Source: Eledone cirrhosa (lineage: Eukaryota). From it: 64,000 nt of DNA. The number at the start of each line of letters is the position of its first letter. Position 1 is the first letter of the stretch. This document shows positions 13,611 to 24,700 of this stretch, in pieces. The notes below the pieces were generated by a model, which was given only the letters and a program-made list of their open reading frames with translations, searched no databases and was not told where the DNA came from. The translations under genes and the position numbers were made by a program. The stretch covers positions 410,998,001-411,062,000 of the forward strand of contig OZ024740.1 in the NCBI GenBank assembly GCA_964016885.1, written 5' to 3'.

Positions 13611-13662
<52 letters not shown>

Positions 13663-13951
13663 CAAATAACGAAACGAAATTAAATTTCGTTTCGTTTGTA
13701 ACTCACTTTTGTATGACTGACGCTTAAAAAATTAAGTTAAAAATGTACATCTACATATGCATACTGAAATACTAGTGTGCATATGAATACACACACGTAT
13801 ACATATGTAGATGTAACAAGTCTTTCACTGGTTGCTTTACTGTGAGCAACCCAGCTATTATGTATGTAAACACACAGACAAACCGGTTTTTAGAGTCATA
13901 CTGGTTTTCGAGGAAACACCTTCCCTCTATTCTCCAGAAAGCCAGACAAGG

Positions 13952-13996
13952 AATATTGAACTAGTTTCGTTGTTGTTACAACTCATCAGCAATATT
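13952..13996 (-). ncRNA. Canonical type I hammerhead ribozyme
   Basis: rc: aatattg-CTGATGA-gttgt(aaca)acaac-GAAAC-ta-GTT-caatatt. Confidence 0.92.
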
Positions 13997-14055
13997 TACC
14001 TATCTACCGGCCTTTCTGGAGAATTGTAAAAGCACATATCGTTATATGCTTTTTC

Positions 14056-14089
14056 TATGAAAATTAGTAGTGGGCAGACTAATTTGCAT
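14056..14089 (-). promoter_or_regulatory. Octamer ATGCAAAT + TAATTTTCATA box (putative snRNA-type promoter)
   Basis: Same two motifs with near-identical spacing at 46505-46539, 47200-47234 and 51128-51162; function inferred. Confidence 0.5.
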
Positions 14090-14418
14090 AGAGTGTGAGT
14101 ACGCACCGGTTCAGCGGAGACGATAAAAACAAATAACGAAACGAAATTAAATTTCGTTTCGTTTGTAACTCACTTTTGTATGACTGACGCTTAAACAATT
14201 AAGTTAAAAATGTACATCTACATATGCATACTGAAATACTAGTGTGCATATGAATACACACACGTATACATATGTAGATGTAACAAGTCTTTCACTGGTT
14301 GCTTTACTGTGAGCAACCCAGCTATTCTGTATGTAAACACACAGACAAACCGGTTTTTAGAGTCATACTGGTTTTCGAGGAAACACCTTCCCTCTATTCT
14401 CCAGAAAGCCAGGCAAGG

Positions 14419-14463
14419 AATATTGAACTAGTTTCGTTGTTGTTACAACTCATCAGCAATATT
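14419..14463 (-). ncRNA. Canonical type I hammerhead ribozyme
   Basis: Identical to 13952-13996. Confidence 0.92.
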
Positions 14464-14883
14464 TACCTATCTACCGGCCTTGTAACAACAACGAAACTAG
14501 TTCAATATTCCTGTTGTTATTCCAATCATTTTTTCTGTTTAACTTTGGCTTTCTAGGGTCTATTTCGCTCTCTTCTCTGATTTGCCTACCTGTTGGGTCA
14601 ATTCTATAAATAAATAGATAAACTAAAAATGACGTAGACATTACAATACAATAGGGGGGGGGGGGCATGATCATAGTACCACTGATGATGTTGCAGATGT
14701 GTAACGTGAGAACTATCTGTATTTGTGACCGTTGGTCAGTCAATGATAAACATTGATGGCCAAATGAATTAACTATGGCGATATAAAAGATGCAGAAGCT
14801 AAAACCAACCAAACAGTGAGTGTGTTCAGTTATTATTTCTGGCAATAGTATTACAAAAATATGACCCTCCCCAAGTATAATAA

Positions 14884-15100
14884 TGGTTTCTTATATAGGC
14901 ACAAGGCCAGTAATTTAGGGGGAGGGAAAGTCGATTAAATCGACGCCAGTGCATGACTGGTACTTTATTTTATCGACCCCATAAGGATGAAAGGCAAAGT
15001 TAACCTCGGTGGGATTTGAGCTCAGATCATAAAGAGCCGTAACTCTATGCTGCAAAGCATGGCGTTCGACCCTCTACCGATACTGCCAATCCACCGCCCC
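14884..15100 (-). mobile_element. Family-1 SINE, full length
   Basis: rc begins GGCGGTGGATTGGCAGTATCGGTAGAG (A box), followed by the B-box region and central domain. Confidence 0.85.
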
Positions 15101-15154
15101 CAAAGTATAAAAATCATATATATATATATATACACATACATACACCCCTCCCCC

Positions 15155-15548
<394 letters not shown>

Positions 15549-15611
15549 TTTTCACATCTGGTTGGTCTCTAAATGTTACTTGTTTTATATGGAAAAAGTG
15601 GCTCGAAAGCC

Positions 15612-15672
<61 letters not shown>

Positions 15673-16008
15673 TATCGGATATTATTGTGACATTATGAAA
15701 TAATTTAAGGATGAATTGTGTTATAAACTTCCTATTAGCTGTTATGCAAAATGACAATATAGGAATACTCTGTTCTCTCTGACGGGGAACTTAAGGCAAT
15801 TCATTCAGTTATTATCTCAAAAGACCTTGAATAAAAGAAGCTAACCAATTCTAATGTACATCTATATATCTTTGAATAAACTAAAAAACACAAACACGAG
15901 GATAAAATATATATACAGTATGTGGGTATTAGGTAGATAACTATTCCATTAACAATACATACCTTAAGAAATGTTTATATATATATATTTATATTTATCT
16001 ATATATAT

Positions 16009-16122
<114 letters not shown>

Positions 16123-16749
16123 TGTGTGTGTATGTATGTGTTTCATAAGTCCTTAATGTTGATGTTATCTCAGAAAACAATTATTTGTGAGAGCACATGA
16201 CAAAAATAACAAACTTTCAAATTAGCAAATAACAAAAGAGATACTATAATTTTTACTTTATATGTGTTTGAAATATGAGGCTCAACTCTTGCAAAAAGTG
16301 TTTGTGTTTTTCTGAAGGACATAAACATAATTGTTTCTAGCTGAAATGGAAGATTCGATAAATTTTTTGAAGAATCTGGTATACACTAAAGTGTTTTCTT
16401 TTATTTCTCGTAGATAGAGTATATGCGTATCCTCCTAGAAGCTAACAAAACATTTTCTCCACGTGGCAAATTGGAAATGAATAACCGTGCCACATAAGGG
16501 AATTCTGAATGTTACCTTGCAGAAACAAGATAGGATATAACCCAGATTTGTTTGTCGTATTTAGTTGGTCGTGTGTCTAAATGCGTGGTATAGGGCTACT
16601 GAAATATAGGTGAGCTGGGACCGCTCGGATTAAATCAATGAATTTGACGTTCACCTTAATAGGGAAGAGACTTGAGTTACTTCACAATTGGTTAGGTTTG
16701 ATAGGTGAAGAAGATATTCCACTAGCTAACCCATTATATTAATTTTTAG

Positions 16750-16892
16750 TATTGGCAGTTACGGCCTTTTATGGTCTGAGTTCAAATCCCGCCGCGGTTA
16801 ATTTTGTCTTTCATCCTTACGGGGTCGATAAAATAAATTACCAGTAACACACTGGGATGATTGCTGGCCTTGGGCCAAAAGTAGAAACGATT
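16750..16892 (+). mobile_element. Family-1 SINE (internally deleted)
   Basis: TGAGTTCAAATCCCGCC..TTTCATCCTTACGGGGTCGATAAAATA. Confidence 0.8.
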
Positions 16893-18958
16893 ATATTATT
16901 GATAGTAGAGACGTTAAAACTGAATTAGGGCGTCTGAAATCAAACGTAGTAGCATGTAAGTGATATTTTGTCAGTCAGCTGAAAAAAAATAGTTTGCATG
17001 AATTGTATGATACTTTTCAAGATAGCAGTAAAAAATCTCCAAATAGGGGATTACTAGGACCTTGTAAATTTTCAGTAACTAATGACGTCTGATGTAGTTT
17101 CTGTCTCTGAGAATAAGACTATTTTTAAGAGGAGTTTTTTTCAATGTGAGGTGCTTCTAGTGGTTGTCGCTATGAAGGATTATTAGAGATTCCGAATTTG
17201 AAATGTATTTGAAATGTCTGGTTTTCATCATGTTTGGCGTGATTGAATTATGGTGCTGCTTAGTTGATCATATTGGAGTAAGTTTTCGAAGTTATTTCTC
17301 CTGAACGCTGTTCAAATATGGTAGGTGTCTAGATTGCCTGTAGATAGGCTAAACCGATTTTAAAGAAAGGCACATGACTTGTATAGTCCACATAGCAGTG
17401 TGTGTTTTATACAACAGCAAAGTAGCATTAATCAATAGATAGTAAAATGTGGAAGAAACTTTGGAGTAAACCGATTGAGAAATAGAACTTTGGGCTTTAG
17501 GTTATTAGTTTGAGAAACGAGTGTTTCTGCCCCCCCCCCCCCCGGAGATGAGTCGACAATAATTCTTTCCATTCGAAGTTAATGTCCCTACTCAGGTGTT
17601 ATCGAGAAAGTAATGATGGGAAACTTCATCTTCATACATTTTCTAAAACAATTAGCTTTGTGAATGACGAGAACCGCGTTCAGTAAGGAGCTGAACCTGC
17701 GATAATATATCAGTTTTTAATAACCTTCTTTAATCTATGCTATAGACGCTCTTGAAACCTACCACTGATAAATACATATAACAAGTAGCAAACTAGGAAT
17801 CTACAATGTTTAGATGTCTATAAAATGTTGAAGGAAGAAAAGGAGAATGGAACATGACAAATTATATGAAAAAGGAATAATTTTATTTCCGTACGTATAT
17901 TGTATAATTCTGCATGAAATATACTAATTTTAATTGCAAGAATTTCGTTACCACTGAGACATTATATGTAGTCTAAAATGCATTGTAAACTGATTGGAAA
18001 GCTAAGAATTTAAGGTTAAAATGCCGGGGTATTGGATATTGATTTTCTAATTTGAAATCTCGCCGAGATTGTTTTTGCATTTTGATACTTCAAAACCACT
18101 ACATTAATTACTAATGTAATAATGGGATCAATTTAATCACCTATTCTATTTCTACAGATGTATGTTATCGTGCTTATATACGAAGCTATTAACATCAGTA
18201 GAATGGCAAAAATGGTGGCTCGATAAACTAAATATCTTTCAGTAATTAGTAATCTTCCTTTATATGCAGGGTTCAAATAATAAATTTTCATTTTTCATTT
18301 CATTGTATCCTGTTGTGTGGCCTGGTTTATCAAAACCATTAAATACTCCAAAAGTGTTTGTTTTCGTCAAACATAAACATTATTGCTTTAAAATGATGAG
18401 CTAGCTGTTGCATACAAGATAATTCATCTTTTGATTGTGCTAGAACTGTATTCATATAGTAGCGTTTGATGACTCACAAATCTCTTGTTCAATAAAATAT
18501 TATTGTATAAGAAGAGATATAACTTTGTTAATCTTTACATCCAAAACTATTTTTCTGTCAACAGTCTATTTTAATCTCATGTGAGTACGCTGATGGCATG
18601 CAATATAGTAATAAATACATTACAAAGGATCTTTCATTATTATTTGCTATGTAATCTTAGTTCAAGAAAATAAAAGATTTCAGTAAAAATTAATTGCAGT
18701 TTATCGTGTTATGATCTCTAAAACTAACCGCTTAAAGTTTTTATTCGGAAATCTCTCATGATCAGATGACAATTCAGGTACTATCTAATTTAAAGTTATG
18801 TTTAGCAAGATAATAATTACCAAATCATGTTTTCATATTGAGCATGTAGATAATCTACGGAATTTTATTTTATATATCACTATAGATAGTGTATAATCGA
18901 TTAAAGATTTACTCTATAACTCTGGCTCTACATAGATAATCAGGGATATGAATGAGAA

Positions 18959-19087
<129 letters not shown>

Positions 19088-20549
19088 TCTTCCAAGCCTA
19101 GGCTTGGTGTCTTCGGAGCATTATTAGCAATGTCTATACATATAATCAGCCTCCTATTCCACTGAAGAATCATACAGATACATATTACGGACAACAGTGT
19201 GGGATGGATGCGACATATATTATGTTAAATTGTACAATAAGATTCAAAATTAAAATTAAAAGCTTTTGGTGGGGCACATGTGGCAGATAATACAACAGCG
19301 TCTAGTAAATAAATAAAATTAAAGAGACAGTACGTGCGTTATTCATATAAAGCAATTGAACAAGCAAACGTATCAAGCATATATGAGTGCTGGGTGTTGC
19401 ATATAAAATACAAGCACTTATAGCATGTGTGTTATTATATTATGGTGGTTTCAATGCGGAGATGTCTTCTGTGTAGATCAAATATGCGTGTGTGCAAAAT
19501 AAGAAAGTTCCAGGTTTCACATCCATTACATTTGTCACGACATATTTGTATTGAATGTTTGTTATAGTAATGGCTTGTAATGTAAAGTAACTTAATGTTA
19601 TTTAGTCCGTGTCGTATATTACATTTGTAGAGCTGGTAGAATCTTCTACTGTTTAATATCTGTTTGATATATTTTGGGAGAGTAGACTGTATCTAAGATT
19701 AAATTAATATATATATGTAACACTTTGTATGAGAAATTCAATTATGGCACTTTATAATATTTGATAGGCAACTTTCTATTAATACCTTAATGTATTAGGA
19801 GAGAGTAGATTGGGTTTATAATTAAATTAAATATAAATTTATAGTTTCTATATTAGGCTCTCAATTATAACACTATATCAAATCCCATAGAACAATGAGT
19901 TTAATTATTATTATAATGAGCTAGTTACCTCCCCTTACGCATTAGCTCCCCTTATTTCCATTCCCACTTCTGGATATTAAACAGTAGAAGATTCTACCAG
20001 CTCTACAAATGTAATATACGACCGGACTAAATAACATTAAGTTACTTTACATTACAAGCCATTACTATAACAAACATTCAATACAAATATGTCGTGACAA
20101 ATGTAATGGATGTGAAACCTGGAACTTTCTTATTTTGCACACACGCATATTTGATCTACACAGAAGACATCTCCGCATTGAAACCACCATAATATAATAA
20201 CACACATGCTATAAGTGCTTGCATTTTATATGCAACACCCAGCACTCATATATGCTTGATACTTTTGCTTGTTCAATTGCTTTATATGAATAACGCACGT
20301 ACTGCCTCTTTTCTTTAATTTTATTTATTTACTAGACGCTCTTGTATTATCTGCCTCATGTGCCCCACCAAAAGCTTTTAATTTTAATTTTGAATCTTAT
20401 TGTACAGTTTAACATAATATATGTCGCATCCATCCCACACTGTTGTCCACAATACATATCTGTATGATTCTTCAATGGAATAGGAGGCTGATTATATTTA
20501 TAGACATTGCTAATAATGCTCCGAAGACCCCAAGCCTAGGCTTGGAAGA
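19088..20549. repeat. ~575-bp inverted repeat (19088-19660 / 19973-20549): inverted PLE pLTR pair with no ORF
   Basis: Near-identical reverse-complement arms; the right arm continues through an HHR to about 20755. Confidence 0.9.
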
Positions 20550-20563
20550 CACAATTGTCAGCA
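20517..20563 (+). ncRNA. Type I hammerhead-like motif, CCGAAGA core
   Basis: tgct-CCGAAGA-cc-ccaagcctaggcttgg-aa-GA(C)AC-aatt-GTC-agca; the left arm keeps GAAA and the same CCGAAGA. Confidence 0.65.
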
Positions 20564-20799
20564 ATTAAATGTTCTAACATAGCTTTGATTCTTGTCTCTT
20601 CTATATTACTACTCTGTATAAAAATGTTGTTCTTACATTGAGCTATTTATCTTACTGGTAATAAGGTAGTAATAAATTAATGACCTTACCTCTTTATAGT
20701 TGTATATAGTATAATATATACATAACTATAAGTAGTATCCTTAATATTATATTAATATATATATATATAAGATCAAAAGATGGTTAAAAGAGTTCCATG

Positions 20800-20867
20800 T
20801 ATTTTATTATGCGCATTTCAAAAACAAATATCATGCAATAACATTTATGTTTTCATCAGATAACATA
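20800..20867 (-). ncRNA. Type I hammerhead ribozyme (inverted pLTR copy)
   Basis: rc: ttat-CTGATGA-long AU-rich stem II-GAAA-tgcgca-TA-ataa. Confidence 0.8.
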
Positions 20868-21324
20868 GGAAGACATGATATGAAGGTTAAAAAACACTTG
20901 TGAATAGTGCAGTTTTAAATCAACATATGAGAAGTAGTTTTAGTTTGATGTGTGATATTTGGGAAAACATTGGGGGGGGGGGGGTGTAAAGGATGAAAAA
21001 GAGGAGGAGATGAGAGTAACAAGTGGAGGGGGAGGAGTATAATGAGGAAGGATGAGATAGGAGGAGAGATGGGTGATAGAGAGAGAGGGATAGCTTTTAT
21101 AACTGAGAAAAATATATTGTTTTACATAGAGAGGTTGAAAAACCGTTGGAAGATAATGTATAATTTAAAAGAATTTGAAAATTAACGAAGAGAAAAATAA
21201 TGTTAAGTTAAGGATTGTATATTGAAGGGTTTAATAATATGTTATTAAGAAAAATATACGTAATCTCTTTAACCAACATAACTTAAAAAATGAATTTGAT
21301 AACAGCATCAAACTAGCTAACTTC

Positions 21325-22527
21325 TTGGATGTATCTCTTAATCTTGACACTGGCCTATATTACCCTTACCATAAAAACAATGAGAACCTAAATTATGTTA
21401 ATTTTAAATCTAACCACCCCACTAATATTAAGAATGCTATAGTTAGTAATATTGGAAAAAGAATATCTAACCTATCTTCTAATAAAAATATCTTTGATGC
21501 TAACGCCAATTACTATAATAACGCGCTTTCTAAAGCCGGCTATCCTGATAAAATCAAATATAGTAAAGAAACAAATTCTAGAAGATCTTACAGTAGAATA
21601 ATTAATCATGATCATTCCAATAACTTTAATAAAAGACCTAGATACAAAAACATAATCTGGTATAATGCTCCTTTCTCCATCTCTATTAATAATAATATTC
21701 CTAAATTATTCTTTAGTGCCTTAAATAAATGCGTCCCTCCCTCACATATCTATAGTAAAATATTTAACAAACACACTATAAAATTTTCCTATTCGACCTC
21801 CTCCAACATTTCCAACATTATCTCTAAACACAACAATAAAATACTAAATACTAAATCTCTTCCTTCCAACACTGAATATCATAATAATAGTAATAGTACT
21901 CCCGACGTCATTGTAAACTCTAGGATAATTTCTGCAAACTCAAATACAACGTCAAACACAAATTCGCTAAATGTTCTTAATCCCATTCTAAATCAAGAAA
22001 CTATTATTCCTATCGTAAATAACTTCTCCAATCCAATTCCTTCTATAGATAACACTAGGTCACTCGTTAATAACTCTGCTAATCTCTCTAATCGCAATTG
22101 CAATTGCCCTGTTAAAAATAAATGTCCTCTCAACAACCATTGTCTTGAAAAAAACTTAATCTACGAATGTAAAGTTATAACTGACACCAATTCCTTCACC
22201 TATTTTGGCTCCACTTCCACCTCCTTTAAAGCTCGTCTTTATAATCATCATTCATCTTTTAAATACCAACTTAAAAGAACCAACACGGCACTCTCAGAAC
22301 TCATATGGTCCTTGAAAGACAAAAATATTAAATATAACATCTCTTGGAAAAAGGTTTGTTCTGCTTCTTCAAACTTGAACAGTTCTTTATCCAAGACTTG
22401 CAATCTCTGTTTAAATGAAAAATTTACCATTATATCTAATTTAGATTCTATAATAAATAGACGCACTGACTTGTTTTCTCTCTGCTTGCATAAATTCCAC
22501 AGAACATTCCATAAAGTATACAGCTAA
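21325..22527 (+). CDS. PLE RT thumb + GIY-YIG endonuclease (5'-truncated)
   Basis: FLDV.L..G.YYPY.K, SNHP, WYNAPF, CNC..CPL..CL, LIY..YFG, CNLC. Confidence 0.88.
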   Translation: MDVSLNLDTGLYYPYHKNNENLNYVNFKSNHPTNIKNAIVSNIGKRISNLSSNKNIFDANANYYNNALSKAGYPDKIKYSKETNSRRSYSRIINHDHSNNFNKRPRYKNIIWYNAPFSISINNNIPKLFFSALNKCVPPSHIYSKIFNKHTIKFSYSTSSNISNIISKHNNKILNTKSLPSNTEYHNNSNSTPDVIVNSRIISANSNTTSNTNSLNVLNPILNQETIIPIVNNFSNPIPSIDNTRSLVNNSANLSNRNCNCPVKNKCPLNNHCLEKNLIYECKVITDTNSFTYFGSTSTSFKARLYNHHSSFKYQLKRTNTALSELIWSLKDKNIKYNISWKKVCSASSNLNSSLSKTCNLCLNEKFTIISNLDSIINRRTDLFSLCLHKFHRTFHKVYS

Positions 22528-22984
22528 TATCTAATACTTTATCAATTTAAAATCCTTTTCTCAAAGGCACATATATATATATATATATATATATTCTTCT
22601 TTAAAAATATACCCATCTTTCTACCTTATTTCAACGTTATTTATTATACATTATATAATACTAGTTACTCATTCTATATCACTCCTATTTATCACTTCCC
22701 TTTCTTCCTTTTCCTTTTCTTTTCCTTTTTCTTTTAATTTCTAACCCCTAATCTGTACATTTTCTCATTGTGCCTAACATATAAACAATTATTACACAGT
22801 ACAATATATTCTTACTTTATATCACCTTGAAAAAATCCTTCGTAAACATAAACACTTTTTTGACGTTAGATTATTCATCTTCATTCATTATTTTTTCTCC
22901 CTTTTCATGCTCATCTAACTTATTCATCCTATCTTCTACTTTTTTCACAATATATCCTTACTTACATTACTATTGCTTTTTTTT

Positions 22985-23215
22985 AATAATACATATCAAC
23001 ATTTTCTTTCCATCGCACATATTATTAAACCCTTAAATATTATTCTTAATACATATTAACATTTTCTTTCCATCGCACATATTGTTAAACCCTTAAATAT
23101 TATTCTTAATACATATTAACAATTTCTTTTCATCGCACATATTATTAAACCCTTAAATATTATTCTTAATACATATTAACAATTTCTTTTCATCGCACAT
23201 ATTATTAAACCCTTC
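22985..23215 (+). repeat. 60-bp tandem repeat, about 4 copies
   Basis: TAATACATATTAAC..CATCGCACATATTATTAAACCCTT repeated at period 60. Confidence 0.9.
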
Positions 23216-23564
23216 AATATACAAACCTTAACTTAACATTATTTTTCTCTTCGTTAATTTTCAAATTCTTTTAATTTATACATTATCTTCCAACGGTTTT
23301 TCAACCTCTCTATGTAAAACAATATATTTTTCTCAGTTATAAAAGCTATCTCTCTCTCTCTATCACCCATCTCTCCTCCTGTCTCATCCTTCCTCATTAT
23401 ACTCCTCCCCCTCCACTTTTTACTCTCATCTCCTCCTCTTTTTCACCCCCCCCCCCCTTGAAATTGTTTCCCAATATCACACATCAATCTAAAACTACTT
23501 TTCATATGTTGATTTAAAACTGCACTATTCACAAGTGTTTTTTCACCTTCATATCATGTCTTCC

Positions 23565-23635
23565 TATTTTATCTGATGAAAACACAAATGTTATTGCATG
23601 ATGATATTTGTTTTTGAAATGCTCATAATAAAATA
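23565..23635 (+). ncRNA. Type I hammerhead ribozyme in the 3' pLTR
   Basis: tattttat-CTGATGA-aaacacaaatg..tatttgtttt-GAAA-tgctca-TA-ataaaata. Confidence 0.82.
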
Positions 23636-23749
23636 CATGGAACTCTTTTAACCATCTTTTGATCTTATATATTATGTATACTCCAGTCCTACAAACTGTA
23701 GAGTGCTTCTTATCCGATATCTGCATTGCTTTATAATAAAACTCACCTC

Positions 23750-23784
<35 letters not shown>

Positions 23785-23949
23785 ATGTAGATGTCTATTT
23801 TAGAAATTTTAGTTTACAAGTAACAACTATTCATTAAAAGCTTTAGAGATGTTGGTGGATGCAGGTCTTGTAAAGAATGACATTTTGAAGCAACTTACCA
23901 AAAGCGGTGTGTGAATTCATTACACAATTGTTGGTGCAGATCTTACTGG

Positions 23950-24700
23950 AGAGAAAGTCAGTGTTCCGTTTATGTGTTTCAATATATTAAACAACTTTAT
24001 CGTATATTTGCCTTTGAGATTGATGTGTACGATCTGATTTTCTCGTATTTGCGATTGCATTCTTTCGGTCATTATCCGAGATTTAGGACTATAGGTAAGG
24101 GTTAGCACGAATACCCGATCTCCGGATACACATTCTATCGAGCAACGTTACTCCAAACACACTTCGAAGGAATCATATTTCGGCCACTTGTATTCGTGAC
24201 CGTGAACTTTCGGCCATTACCTAAGATTCATGACCATAGTTAATTGTTTACATGGATACCGAATTGAAGATAGAACGTTTGAATTTTACACCAACCTCAT
24301 TCTAATAGGCGAATGCTGAAGATGGCGTAGTATTAGGATGTGACTCAGTTTTAAGCACATCTATCGGAGCAGTGACCTCATTTAGGAAGAATCTGTATTC
24401 GGGTTATCTGGTGCATACACTTGCAGTCTCCACACAAACATTTCTTTCAGCATAACTTTCGAGAACCAAATCCCCACTCCCAATTGGATCCGGGTCTATA
24501 ACACATTCTGATAAGCGGGAACTGCCATGCAGCTATTTTAACCGCTCCACCTGAATAGAGGTGTTTCCATCTATCTCCAAATCTACAGTACCAGAACTCT
24601 GTTGAAGAAACCCCGAATTTGATTAGCCAGTAGCATCAAGCCTCCTCCACCAGTTCTCATTCTTTGCCTGTAAGAGTTGTAATATTCCAGTTACCGATTG
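23950..24700 (-). pseudogene. Decayed RTE-clade LINE, APE endonuclease N-terminus
   Basis: rc translates IGNWNITTLTGKE.ELVE..GVSST..SGTVDL..WKHLYSG. Confidence 0.6.

Larger units (their letters stand above)
13656..14512 (-). mobile_element. Retrozyme-like tandem repeat, family B (467-bp monomer, about 1.75 units, short 5' inversion)
   Basis: Direct repeat of period 467 with one intact HHR per unit; inverted HHR fragment at 14480-14512. Confidence 0.85.
20763..23752 (+). mobile_element. 5'-truncated Naiad-type PLE with inverted pLTR
   Basis: Inverted repeat 20763-21242 / 23197-23672 flanks the ORF; HHR in both arms; (TA)n on both sides. Confidence 0.9.

Noticed and set aside
16900-17800. Possible very old PLE 5' region on the minus strand
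   Set aside because: Only isolated PKF/ADK-like remnants; insufficient evidence.
22985-23215. Regularly spaced repeats as a CRISPR-like array
   Set aside because: Contiguous tandem units with no unique spacers, in a eukaryotic context.
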